In this document: positions 39,698-49,068 of the stretch, one piece after another
Position numbering within the stretch: position 1 is the stretch's first letter
Layout of the letters: every line of letters begins with the position of its first letter
Assembly (NCBI GenBank): GCA_000002435.2
Contig: CM018792.1
DNA length: 64,000 bases
From: Giardia intestinalis
Lineage: Eukaryota
Reading direction: 5' to 3' (one strand)
Program-made: the position numbers and the translations under genes
Notes under the pieces: generated by a model
Databases searched by the model: none
What the model was told of the DNA's origin: nothing
The model's input: only the letters and a program-made list of their open reading frames with translations

Positions 39698-41602
39698 CTA
39701 TGGTAGGGCAACGGTGAGGTCGTAGGAGCTTCCACTAATAGTAGTGGGTGAAAGAAACGTGGCTCTGTAAATAATCAGTCCGCACACATTGCTTGGCTCT
39801 TCACTAGTGACAGTTACAGGGGCTTCGGGACGCACATCGTCGGGGCTTGCCTTTCCAGTAGGTACCTCAGAGGCGAAGGTTTCATCAGTTTCATGCTCAG
39901 TCTCTCTGAAGGAAGTGATGGCGGGCATAAGAAATAAGTCATCGTCGTCGTCATTAGGAGGATGCTGACATTCATCTTCGGTTGATGTTGGAGGAATCTT
40001 GTGTAAAACATCTGTGCAGGTAGGCATATCCTCATCAAGTGAAGGAGCATCTGGAGTATCACATAGTCCAGACGAATGGACACACTGACGGTAGGTGTGC
40101 ACAACCTCAGAAGGTGCATCGTCATATAACTCGGGCATGGAGACACGATCGATATTGGAGAGTGGTCGTGGGAGACTACAAAGCTCACCTTGGATCTTCT
40201 TTAGAATTGCGTGTATTCCACCATCGGTGCTGGCTTTGCTCTTTCTCGGAAGTGCCCCGGGCGCCGGAGGTTTGGCGTTCCTTGGCATAGAAGACCCGTC
40301 TGTCGGGGCGTGATATTTGGTAAAGAGCGAGCCACTGCCACTACGCTGTGATGGAGCGGAGCGAGTTGAATAAACCTCGTATTGATCGGTCTCTTCCCTG
40401 TGCTGGACAGGGACTACCACAATCTCCTTTCCCTGATGGAGATACTCGTCGGCTACCTTTCTAAACTCTGTAATACGCTGTCCTTCTTTGATTAATAGCT
40501 GCCTTATCTCGTCACTTGACACAGGCATGTCAGGCGCCCCAAATGCTGTCTCCAGAAATTGTGAGAGCATTTCAGGAAGAGAACTGAAGTCCATAGGCTT
40601 CAGAGTCGGTATTGGTAATCCCAAGAGTAAAAATAGGGAAACATCTGCAGAGGTAAATATCCCCGTTTGGTCCGATCTTTGCTCTTTCGGGGCAGAATCA
40701 TCAACATTTGAGGTTATCCAAACACCGTACTCCACTGACCTTTTATAAAAGGCGGCCACGGCATCGCTTACAGTGTCAATACCCACAAATTCACCTTTGT
40801 CAGGGTCATCGAAAAATCCAATGAGGAGCATCAGTTTAATAACAACCTCCTCTGTGAAGATGTTTTCTGTTAAAAGACGTGCATACCATGATTCTGTGCA
40901 GTTTTGACTAATTGCTTCAGCTGAAAACAGAGGAAGATTCAGGGGCAGCTTGCATTGAGCTCTTGTTCTCTCTAAGGCAAAAGTTACTCTTGATGTCAAC
41001 GATCTAATGCTGAGAACGAGTTCTGCAATACGTTTTCTTGAGCTAGTACTCGCTTTTGTGTGGTTCTCATTTAGCATCATCAAGAAGCTGCGAATAGCTG
41101 CTTGCCTTTGGTGGGTAAGATCTACATATTCTTTTTTAAGACCAAGAATAACTCGCAAGCGGCACCCATAGATCTTTTGCGCGGCAGTGTCTCCTTTTAG
41201 TACATTCCATGCATACCGCCGCTCGCCCTCAGACAGATATAAGGCCTCCCATATTCGAGAAATCGTTGCCTTCTCGTCTCCACTGCGTATTTTTAGCCGT
41301 CCAGATGCTCCTGGTGAAGTGGTAGGGGTTCCAGCACTTGAGGGCAAAGAGTCCCTCAAGCTTAGGCTTGGCTTCCGTATATCTACGGACTTGCTCTCTG
41401 AAATACTGTGTCCTAGTGAGCGCTGCGTCAGGGGTGATTGGCGCTGATAGATACTCCTTTCCACAAGGAGATTTTTTCTGCGATAGGGCGTGGCATCCGA
41501 GTGCCTTCTAGATGTTGCAGCAGAAGCTGTCGAGGCGGAGACCCCTAGACTGGCGTCCGAGGATGCAGTCAGCAGACGCCCTGAAAAGGCCGAGGGCTCC
41601 AT
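39698..41602 (-). CDS. Hypothetical protein, 634 aa (Ser/Thr-rich N-terminus, acidic DDDDD patch near the C-terminus)
   Basis: This is a long ORF with its ATG at 41602 (ttaagactATGgag). No family was recognised. Confidence 0.7.
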   Translation of the reverse strand: MEPSAFSGRLLTASSDASLGVSASTASAATSRRHSDATPYRRKNLLVERSIYQRQSPLTQRSLGHSISESKSVDIRKPSLSLRDSLPSSAGTPTTSPGASGRLKIRSGDEKATISRIWEALYLSEGERRYAWNVLKGDTAAQKIYGCRLRVILGLKKEYVDLTHQRQAAIRSFLMMLNENHTKASTSSRKRIAELVLSIRSLTSRVTFALERTRAQCKLPLNLPLFSAEAISQNCTESWYARLLTENIFTEEVVIKLMLLIGFFDDPDKGEFVGIDTVSDAVAAFYKRSVEYGVWITSNVDDSAPKEQRSDQTGIFTSADVSLFLLLGLPIPTLKPMDFSSLPEMLSQFLETAFGAPDMPVSSDEIRQLLIKEGQRITEFRKVADEYLHQGKEIVVVPVQHREETDQYEVYSTRSAPSQRSGSGSLFTKYHAPTDGSSMPRNAKPPAPGALPRKSKASTDGGIHAILKKIQGELCSLPRPLSNIDRVSMPELYDDAPSEVVHTYRQCVHSSGLCDTPDAPSLDEDMPTCTDVLHKIPPTSTEDECQHPPNDDDDDLFLMPAITSFRETEHETDETFASEVPTGKASPDDVRPEAPVTVTSEEPSNVCGLIIYRATFLSPTTISGSSYDLTVALP

Positions 41603-41618
41603 AGTCTTAAATTTTTAC
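41603..41618. promoter_or_regulatory. 16 bp AT-rich spacer (agtcttaaatttttac) between two divergent ATGs
   Basis: This is the only sequence between ATG 41602 (-) and ATG 41619 (+). Any initiator elements for both genes must lie here or inside the neighbouring coding sequence. Confidence 0.4.
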
Positions 41619-42029
41619 ATGAAAGGTGGGACCATTGCGCAGCGCCGGGATGCCATGATGAGAGCGCATATTCTATCAAAGGTAAGGCAGCGGACAGATG
41701 CAGAAATCAACAGCACATTTTATACACCAGAAGAAATTGCTTCCCACGCAAGCATGGACGACGCGTGGATGTCCTACAGAGGGAAGGTATATGACATTAC
41801 ACACTACGTTCGTTATCACCCAGGAGGGCTACAATGTATGCAGGAATACATGGGAAAGGACATGACCCACGCGGCAGACTCCGTCCACAAATGGGTAAAT
41901 GTGGCAACAATGCTACGTCCCTTGGCGATCGGAACAGTAAAAACACACGTTGACAATTCTAATGCCTTTTCTTGCCTACCAACAATTGCTGAAGTAGCAG
42001 AAGAAGAAAATAATAAGGATGCTTCTTAG
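41619..42029 (+). CDS. Cytochrome b5-like haem-binding protein, 136 aa
   Basis: ...EEIASHASMDDAWMSYRGKVYDITHYVRYHPGGLQCMQEYMGKDMTHAADSVH... carries the b5 core (D.W....G.VYD.T.....HPGG) and a second His downstream. The track ORF begins at 41490 with a non-ATG codon inside the upstream gene. The first ATG, at 41619 (MKGGTIAQRR...), gives a b5-sized protein. Confidence 0.85.
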   Translation: MKGGTIAQRRDAMMRAHILSKVRQRTDAEINSTFYTPEEIASHASMDDAWMSYRGKVYDITHYVRYHPGGLQCMQEYMGKDMTHAADSVHKWVNVATMLRPLAIGTVKTHVDNSNAFSCLPTIAEVAEEENNKDAS

Positions 42030-42133
42030 ACCAATTCACTAGATCAGCAGTGACATCCTCCCCTCCATAGATTGATTGATATCTTTTGAATCTGTGAATT
42101 GCTGCGTATTCAAATTTTGGCAACCAAAAGATA

Positions 42134-42568
42134 ATGCCGCCGTTTAAGCGCCAGCCCGTGAAGCTTGAGGACCTACTTGCTCCACGGGGTCTTCAAACAG
42201 CGATCAAAGAGATCTGCCAGTGCGTGGACGAGGCGCGAGCAGATAGAGAGTCTGGGGTGACGTTAGCTCGACGCATAGCAGGTCAGTTTGTCAGGTGGAA
42301 TAGGGAAGTCTTTGGACCCATTCCGCCGATCCGCACACTCCGACGAATTAATGCAATGGTGAAAGCCCAAGTCATTGCAAATTACTCTTCGTCTGCATTC
42401 GAGAGGATGGTGGGAGTTACTGGCTCTGAAGAAGATTTTGACAACCTAATCCACCAGACATCGAGGCAGAGGCCGCACACATCTGCTATTAAAGTTCTTC
42501 AAAAAGATGACTCATTGGACTCACAGAGGGACACCTTGAGAATCAGCGATAGCGATGACATCCACTAA
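42134..42568 (+). CDS. Hypothetical protein, 144 aa
   Basis: The ATG at 42134 is preceded by aaaagataATG. The ORF is clean and no family was recognised. Confidence 0.6.
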   Translation: MPPFKRQPVKLEDLLAPRGLQTAIKEICQCVDEARADRESGVTLARRIAGQFVRWNREVFGPIPPIRTLRRINAMVKAQVIANYSSSAFERMVGVTGSEEDFDNLIHQTSRQRPHTSAIKVLQKDDSLDSQRDTLRISDSDDIH

Positions 42569-42804
42569 AGACGTTTGTCAGTAGAGCCATTTGCGCATTT
42601 ATCTGCTAATGCTGGATGCTTCAGTAAATTTACTGTAACTCCCCCGTTCTGCGCCGTGGGGCACGCCTCTCCCGCTTTCGCCGCTGCAACTCCGCATACT
42701 CCTCCTCGGAGAGAATGATCACAAACTCCTGGCCTCTCTGCTGAGATGGCTGCGTAGGGGGCATTCAAATCTCAACCTTTTATAGTTTACATACACCTCA
42801 ACCC

Positions 42805-45800
42805 TCAATCAAAGATTTCTAGAAGAGACGGGGCCATGCTCTTGTCTGGGCGATCGCGGAACCATTCTGTCATCTGCTGTTTGACGCTCGTGAGCTTTTC
42901 ACGAATTGTGCTCGGGATGTTCCCGCCTGCCTCCTCGTACTCTCTCAGCCGGTCCTCCAGGGACTTAACGTATGCGGCATCGCGCCCGTCGCCCTGGCCA
43001 TTCTTAAGCGCATCATCCTTGCGGAGCAGCTCCGCTTGGAGGCGGTCCATCTGCTCGAGCATGGCCTTGAACTCAACTTCCTTGGCATCAGGTGGCAGGC
43101 TATTGAAGTCAAGGCACTGCTTAAGGCGCATACACTCAGCTTTGAGAATGGCGTAGAGGGAGGGATCCACCTCATCCAAGTCCCGCAGATACGCCTTTGC
43201 AGTTTGCTCTGGGGATAGCGCTGCGCACAGGCCCATAATGGTTTGCTCACTATCTTTCAGGCTCGCCTCCATCGACCTGACCTCTCCCGTCTGGGACATG
43301 CTTTGCTCGCGCATGCCAGTCATCTCGTTCTCGTTGTAGAAGCGTGCATCCTTAAGAGACATTAGCTCCTTGTCTTTGGCAGTGTTGGCTCGCTCAAGAG
43401 CTTCATTAGATTTGTTGAGCTGGGAGATTATTGCCAGTAGCTCCTGGATCTGCATATCTTTGTCCAAAACGTCCTCCAGCGCTCCTTCGTCGGCTCGTGA
43501 CCTGTAGTGATGCAATAGCTTGAGCCTTTCCAGTTCTTTCTTGGCTACTTCGAAATCCTTCTTCAGTGCTGCCAGCTCGGCCGGATCTGCGCCAGCTCCA
43601 TCGCCAGAAACGCCCTCGCCAGGCGCATTAATCGTTTCGTCACGAGACATGCTCTTGATTGTTGCCAACAGCTTCTCGCACTCCTTCTCTTTGCTCTCCA
43701 TCGTGCTCTGAAGGTCCTTGACCTGCTTGCTTGTGGAAGTGTTGGCCTTCTCTAGGCTGCTAATGGTGTCATTTGCTCGCTCCAAGGCAGCGCGAAGGTT
43801 GGCAATTTCGTTTGCGGCATCGGTGGACATGACAGGCTGCATGGGCGGAGACATCGGGCCTACAACCGACCGCATTGGCGATTTGGCAGCCAACTTCGGT
43901 GAAAGGCTCATGCAGAGAGATGAAACGGTTCTTTCCTGATAGATAAGCGCGTCATTCAGCTCATCGATCTCGCGGTCCTTTGCCATGTTGGCCTCTCTCA
44001 GGGCCGCCATTGCCTGGGATTGCTGGGCTAGCGTCTCCGTGAGGGTCTTTATCTCTGCATCCTTATCGTTCATGCTGTGATATCTAGCATATGCGGCCTC
44101 CACCGACGCCAGACGCCTTTGTGCTTCTGCTAGGCTTGCCCGAAGTTGCTGCAATTCTGCATCCTTGCGCTCCAGCTCCTCCGAGACATTCTTTCCTGCA
44201 TTTCCAGCTGCCCTAAGAGCGTTGCTCACGCTTTCTGCATCGCGCACCCTACTCATAAGATTGTCGATTTCCTCCTTGAGTTTTCTGTTCTGCTCCAGGA
44301 GCTCGAGTTGCGTCCCCAGAGCAGTGCTATCGCGAGCCGCATCGGAGACTACGCTAGGAGACCTTGTGCGCAGATCCTCCTCTAGTTGACGAATCTTCTC
44401 CTCTCTGCTCTTCAATTGAGATTGCAGGTCGTCAGCATCTGCTAATTGACCCTTGAGCGTTTCCACTTCTTTTTCCTTTTCTACTAATTTGTCTGTGAGG
44501 GAATCGACAGTATCTCGCAAGACCTGTAGGTTGTACTCATGTGCGGTGTCGACGTTATCGTGCTGGTTATTTCGAAGCCTGTGTAGCTCGTCCTTTGCGC
44601 TGGCAAGGTCCGACCTAATGTTATTTAACTCCTCTTGCTTTCTGAGCAGCTCGTTCTCCTTCTCTGCATAGCTAGACTCGAAGATCCTCATCCTGGCCTG
44701 AGCTTCTTCAAGGAGAGGTCTGATAGTCGCAACCTCCTTCTCCTTGAGATCCAGGCGCTCGCGCAAGCGTGCAATTTCATCGGCATCAGACATCGAGCGA
44801 AGCTTGCTGAGCTCTTCCTGGTCACCGGCAGCATCAGCCTTAGTCTTCAGGAGCTTGTCAAGAGCTTCGCCGTGATACTGACGAAGTTCATCAATCGCAC
44901 GCTCAAGGTTACTGATATCCACGTACGACGCGCCACCGACAAATTGGGCACACAGTTCGTTCTCCATGACCCTGATCTTCTGGGCCGCCTCGTTTGTCAG
45001 CGTAGTAAGATTATCAATGGTGCTCTGCGCATTAGAAATCTTGTATTCCAGCTCCTGAATGCGAGCGTTCTTCTCCATAATCTCCCGCTTAAGCTCTTCG
45101 ATCTCCCGGTCTCGCTCCTCCAAGAGCTGCTCGAGCTCCTTGAGCCTTCTCTCTAACTCACGTGCGTCAATGAGATCCTTTTCTGAGGCAGTAAGCTGCT
45201 CACGGAGTGCCATCAGCTCACGCTCAACTTCCTCTGGGATCAAAGGCCTTGCCTCAAGAGTCTTGATCCGCTGCTGCGCCTCTTTAAGCATAGTAAAGAC
45301 CGCCGGGTCGACGTTTGGTCGTGCATTCAACTGTTCCGTAAGATCCTCAATCTCTCTGTTGAGCTTGTCGCACAGATTCCTGCTATTCTGCATTACCTCC
45401 TCCACATACTTACGGGCCTCGGACTCTCCCGTTCGGGCTTGGTCGACTCCCTTCATAAGCGCCTGAACCTGGGCTTCTAGCTCCTCCCGAGCCTTTGTGA
45501 GCTCTTCTAGGCACTCCTTCTGCTGCTGCGAGGCCATTTCTGAGATCCGATGCTCATCTTCCATGCAGATGATGGACGTGCGAAGCTTAGTAAATGAGTC
45601 TTCCTGGACACGAATGGCATCCAGAAGCCTGTCGATGGTAAGGTCCTTTTCGAGAAGCTCTTTATCGCGCTTCTCAGCCGTGTCCGTGAGCTCCTTGAAG
45701 TCACGCATGAGGTCGCTGTGGGCCTGCTCCCCGGTAGCCTGGAGCTCCTGAAGAGTCTGAAGCTCACGATTGAGCTCGTCAATCTTAATGTCCTTCTCTG

Positions 45801-47832
45801 TCAATTGCTGGCGGTAAGGATCGAGCTCAGAATTGTGGATATGTGTGCTCTTCAAGTCAGTATACTCCTTCTCGAGTCGCTTGATGCGATAGCGGGCTTC
45901 ATCCAGTTGAGGGGAGAGCGTGTTTATCTGCATGATCTTGTCCTCTATCTCAGCCTCCTTCATTCTCAGCTGCTTGCTAAGATCTTCGTACTCGTCCTGA
46001 AGGTTGCTTAGTTGCTCGCGAAGCTGCTCCTTGCCTTGCTGTTCCTGCAAAAGTTTCTGCTCTAGATCGCGTAGCTTACCGTCGCTAGCTTTGAGCTTCG
46101 AGGTGAGAGCGTTGAGATCTTCCTCCTTCTGCGTATTGTCTGCGTTGAGTGTACGGATCCTCTCCTCGAGGTTAGCACCGGCGGCAGCAGTCGTCTCATT
46201 CGAAAGCGTGGCATAAAAATTCTCAAAGTAGCGGATGCGCGCGTTGGCATCCACAGCAGCTGACTTAGCCCGGTCAAGCTCCTCATTGAGAAACATAATC
46301 TGGCTCATGTTCTCGCGAATTCTGTCCTCTTTTTCTTTCAGCTCCCAGTTATTTTTGTTAACGAGGTCGTCAATCTCTCTTGTCTTTTCATTGACCTGCT
46401 CCTGAAGTTGCTTGATTCTCTCTCGGCTGGCATCATCAACGGCTGCACCAGCTGCCCGCTCCTGGGACGCTACAAGGTGCTCCAGATAGCGGAGCCGGGC
46501 CTTCTCATCCTCGCCGGTCGGCCTCCTGTCCAGCTCCTCCGACAGCTGCCTGACCTTCTCAGCCTTGTCTGAGAGTTGGCGCTGCATGTCCCGGAGCCTT
46601 TCCTGATAGTCCGATTCACTCTTGGTCAGCTCAGCTATCCGACCGAGAAGTTCCTTGCGTGCCCGTTCAAAGTCTTCGTTATTCTCGCTAGCAGGTGACT
46701 CTGCAATAAGTCGCTCAATCAACTTGATTCGCTCCTTGGCCTCACGGAGCTCCTCGCTTGTATCTATGGGCCCTGCGGCCGATCTCTTAAAGACAGCATT
46801 GTCGCCGCCCTCCTTTTCCAACTGTCGCTGGAGCTCATCAATTGTGTTGGCAAGGTCAGCAATTTTGCGCCGCAACGCTGGTCGCTCGACCTCCGTGCAT
46901 GTCTGCACCTGCTCACGCAACTTCTTGATCTCTGCATTGAGCGCATCGATTTCAGGCTGATATTTTTCATCGCCCGAGAGCTTCCCGCTTCCTAGACTAT
47001 CGCGAAGCTTATTAATTGTGCGCTCCTTCACGGCAAGAATCTTTATCATGCGACTCAGCGCGGAAGTCTTGTCATTTAGAGACTTTTTAAGTTCGATTAC
47101 CTCATCGTCTGCGGCCTGCCCCGCATCCTGGAGCTTGTTCACCTCCCCACTAAGGCTCGTGGCTGTCAAGCGAAGCCCGTCAAGTCCAGCCATCGCACTC
47201 TCCTTAGCGCTGATGAGGTTTGTAACAGAGTCATGACGAGAGGCTACAGATTTAATAAGGTTGTCGTTAACTGTCTGGATGCTTTTCAGCTTCTCGCGCA
47301 TCTCCTCCGGGCTCAGGGTACTGATGTCGGCGTCAGAGTGAACACGATTGCTCTGCGAAAGCAGGCTGTCTGCTTCAAGGAGCTTTGCGCCCTGAATCTG
47401 TGCACGTGCAACCAGATCTCGCATGTTTTCCTCGTGGAGAAGACGCAAATTCTCGATGCTCTCTTTAAGATGCGCGATCTCGGCGTCCTTTTCTCTTACC
47501 GTTGCAGTTAGTGTTTCGGCCGCAACCAACTCTGTGTCCATGGACCGGTCGCAGTACGGACAACGGTTACCCTTGCCCACGCCTTTCCTCTGTGCTGCGT
47601 TGCGCAAGGTAGGCGATGCTGGACAAAGCTCATCGGGGTCAATTCCCTGCTCTGATATCTTCTGCTTAAAAATCCTGCAGCTAGAGTCCGTCTCAGTGTA
47701 CAAATCACGGAGCGCTTTGCACTGCTCCTTGGTGTCTTTGAGCTCGTTGCAGACGCGTAGAAGCTTTTCGCGGAGCTCCGGGGCTGCAAGCTTATCGATT
47801 CCGACTAGGTAATCGTCCATGCCTCCGGACAT
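42805..47832 (-). CDS. Large coiled-coil protein, 1,675 aa
   Basis: The sequence is almost entirely heptad-like and rich in E/K/L/Q/R (myosin-tail/SMC-like). The ATG at 47832 is preceded by tttttaaaaacaaaaATG. A single CPYC lies near the N-terminus. The many plus-strand ORFs across it are antisense artefacts of the biased composition. Confidence 0.9.
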   Translation of the reverse strand: MSGGMDDYLVGIDKLAAPELREKLLRVCNELKDTKEQCKALRDLYTETDSSCRIFKQKISEQGIDPDELCPASPTLRNAAQRKGVGKGNRCPYCDRSMDTELVAAETLTATVREKDAEIAHLKESIENLRLLHEENMRDLVARAQIQGAKLLEADSLLSQSNRVHSDADISTLSPEEMREKLKSIQTVNDNLIKSVASRHDSVTNLISAKESAMAGLDGLRLTATSLSGEVNKLQDAGQAADDEVIELKKSLNDKTSALSRMIKILAVKERTINKLRDSLGSGKLSGDEKYQPEIDALNAEIKKLREQVQTCTEVERPALRRKIADLANTIDELQRQLEKEGGDNAVFKRSAAGPIDTSEELREAKERIKLIERLIAESPASENNEDFERARKELLGRIAELTKSESDYQERLRDMQRQLSDKAEKVRQLSEELDRRPTGEDEKARLRYLEHLVASQERAAGAAVDDASRERIKQLQEQVNEKTREIDDLVNKNNWELKEKEDRIRENMSQIMFLNEELDRAKSAAVDANARIRYFENFYATLSNETTAAAGANLEERIRTLNADNTQKEEDLNALTSKLKASDGKLRDLEQKLLQEQQGKEQLREQLSNLQDEYEDLSKQLRMKEAEIEDKIMQINTLSPQLDEARYRIKRLEKEYTDLKSTHIHNSELDPYRQQLTEKDIKIDELNRELQTLQELQATGEQAHSDLMRDFKELTDTAEKRDKELLEKDLTIDRLLDAIRVQEDSFTKLRTSIICMEDEHRISEMASQQQKECLEELTKAREELEAQVQALMKGVDQARTGESEARKYVEEVMQNSRNLCDKLNREIEDLTEQLNARPNVDPAVFTMLKEAQQRIKTLEARPLIPEEVERELMALREQLTASEKDLIDARELERRLKELEQLLEERDREIEELKREIMEKNARIQELEYKISNAQSTIDNLTTLTNEAAQKIRVMENELCAQFVGGASYVDISNLERAIDELRQYHGEALDKLLKTKADAAGDQEELSKLRSMSDADEIARLRERLDLKEKEVATIRPLLEEAQARMRIFESSYAEKENELLRKQEELNNIRSDLASAKDELHRLRNNQHDNVDTAHEYNLQVLRDTVDSLTDKLVEKEKEVETLKGQLADADDLQSQLKSREEKIRQLEEDLRTRSPSVVSDAARDSTALGTQLELLEQNRKLKEEIDNLMSRVRDAESVSNALRAAGNAGKNVSEELERKDAELQQLRASLAEAQRRLASVEAAYARYHSMNDKDAEIKTLTETLAQQSQAMAALREANMAKDREIDELNDALIYQERTVSSLCMSLSPKLAAKSPMRSVVGPMSPPMQPVMSTDAANEIANLRAALERANDTISSLEKANTSTSKQVKDLQSTMESKEKECEKLLATIKSMSRDETINAPGEGVSGDGAGADPAELAALKKDFEVAKKELERLKLLHHYRSRADEGALEDVLDKDMQIQELLAIISQLNKSNEALERANTAKDKELMSLKDARFYNENEMTGMREQSMSQTGEVRSMEASLKDSEQTIMGLCAALSPEQTAKAYLRDLDEVDPSLYAILKAECMRLKQCLDFNSLPPDAKEVEFKAMLEQMDRLQAELLRKDDALKNGQGDGRDAAYVKSLEDRLREYEEAGGNIPSTIREKLTSVKQQMTEWFRDRPDKSMAPSLLEIFD

Positions 47833-47988
47833 TTTTGTTTTTAAAAAAAGGCGGTATTTGGATTAAAAAACCGAAAAACGGACCAAATTCTGGGCTCAAA
47901 AATTTGAAAAGTTCCCAAAATTTGCGGACGAGCCCAAAGCCAGCACATAAAGTGTACAGGAAAGTAAGTTTACCTTTGCTTGCTGCCG
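47833..47988 (-). promoter_or_regulatory. 156 bp AT-rich spacer upstream of the coiled-coil gene with three CAAAT(T)-type motifs
   Basis: On the plus strand the motifs are CCAAATTC (47883-47890), TCAAAAATTTG (47896-47906) and CCAAAATTTG (47915-47924). A T/A run lies directly before the ATG. Confidence 0.3.
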
Positions 47989-49005
47989 TCACTTGCCCAT
48001 GTTGGCCATGAGCCTCTTGTAGATGTCCTGCTGCTTACGCGCCTCGAGGGCAATTTGGGCGTCGCACTTCTTTAGATCGTTCTCGAACTCCTGTACCTTG
48101 TCGTTCTGGCCGGCGGCCTTTGCAATGTCAAGGCCCATGTCTATATATTTCCTGGCCTCCGCGCTGCGGCCAGCCCCCATCGCACCGCGCCCCACTCTCT
48201 GGCAGAGCTTGAGACGCAGCTCGACGTTCTTCGACGCCCTCTCTTCCTTCTCTTCGAGAATCTTCATGCCTTCGCGTGCGTGGGAGCAGCAATCAGCATA
48301 GTCCTTCATGCGCAGATTGCAGAGTGCCCAATTCCCAAAGAGGGTTGCACGGAGGACACACCTCTCCTCCTCCACCTCTGGAGTGCTGTCAATGAAGTAC
48401 TCCAGGAGCTGCGTGCCCTTGTCGTACTTGGCAGCTGCCTTTTTGTACTTTCCGCTCTTGAAAAGAGCATTCCCTGCCTCCTGACGAACCTTTGCAGCAG
48501 CAAGCTTCTCCTCGTTGGTATGAGGATACTCGTGGTCCTTTTCGACCACATCCAAAAGCTCTATTTCAAACTGTAGAGTAGCGTCTGCAGGAATAGATCC
48601 GGAACCCTTGCTCCCGTAGGCATAATCCGAAGCGATGGTGAAGAGAGATTTTTCTCCAACCCGCATACCACACACGCCCTCGTCCCAGCCGCGTATAACA
48701 GACATATTTCCTATGTCGAAGTTGAAGGGCTGGCCTCGTGTAACAGACGAGTCGAAAACGGTCCCGTTCAGCAACTTACCGGTGTAGTGGACATATACGG
48801 TAGCGTCTGATTGCGGGCAGACCTCTGCGTCTTCTGGGCCCGCGACAAGTACCTGCTTCAGGATTGCACCATTTCCCTTGACGTCGATGGTCTCAGGGCT
48901 CTCCTTGAACTTGTTATATATCTCCCGCTCCTCATCGCTGCAAAAGGTCGGCATAAAGACCTCGGTCACTTCTCCAGCCGGCTCTGGGGCACTGTTATCG
49001 AACAT
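47989..49005 (-). CDS. FKBP-type peptidyl-prolyl cis-trans isomerase with C-terminal TPR domain, 338 aa
   Basis: The FKBP core VYVHYTGKLLNGTVFDSSVTRGQPFNFDIGNMSVIRGWDEGVCGMRVGEKSLFTIASDYAYGSKGSGSIPADATLQFEIELLD parallels FKBP12 (VVHYTGMLEDGKKFDSS...[39 protein letters not shown]...IPPHATLVFDVELL). TPR-like helices follow (AGNALFKSGKYKKAAAKYDKG...). Confidence 0.9.
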   Translation of the reverse strand: MFDNSAPEPAGEVTEVFMPTFCSDEEREIYNKFKESPETIDVKGNGAILKQVLVAGPEDAEVCPQSDATVYVHYTGKLLNGTVFDSSVTRGQPFNFDIGNMSVIRGWDEGVCGMRVGEKSLFTIASDYAYGSKGSGSIPADATLQFEIELLDVVEKDHEYPHTNEEKLAAAKVRQEAGNALFKSGKYKKAAAKYDKGTQLLEYFIDSTPEVEEERCVLRATLFGNWALCNLRMKDYADCCSHAREGMKILEEKEERASKNVELRLKLCQRVGRGAMGAGRSAEARKYIDMGLDIAKAAGQNDKVQEFENDLKKCDAQIALEARKQQDIYKRLMANMGK

Positions 49006-49068
49006 TTACTTTTTTGGAGAGGATCAATTTGATTCAATTCCACTGAATCAATTAATCACTGAATTACT

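Noticed and set aside
41490-41618. A track extension of the cytochrome b5 ORF to 41490, overlapping the 5' end of the 634 aa gene.
   Set aside because: It has a non-ATG start, and the extension is antisense to the neighbouring gene's coding sequence. The ATG at 41619 yields a typical b5-sized protein.
42565-42768. A 67 aa minus-strand ORF (MNAPYAAISAERPGV...).
   Set aside because: It is TTG-initiated and has a Gly/Ala/Cys-rich composition with no features. An ATG-initiated ORF in a different frame of the same interval looks marginally more plausible and is reported separately at low confidence.
42836-47812. About 20 plus-strand ORFs (up to 173 aa) across 42.8-47.8 kb.
   Set aside because: They are antisense to the 1,675 aa coiled-coil gene. 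The Ser/Leu/Arg-rich low-complexity translations are the mirror image of E/K/L/Q codon bias.
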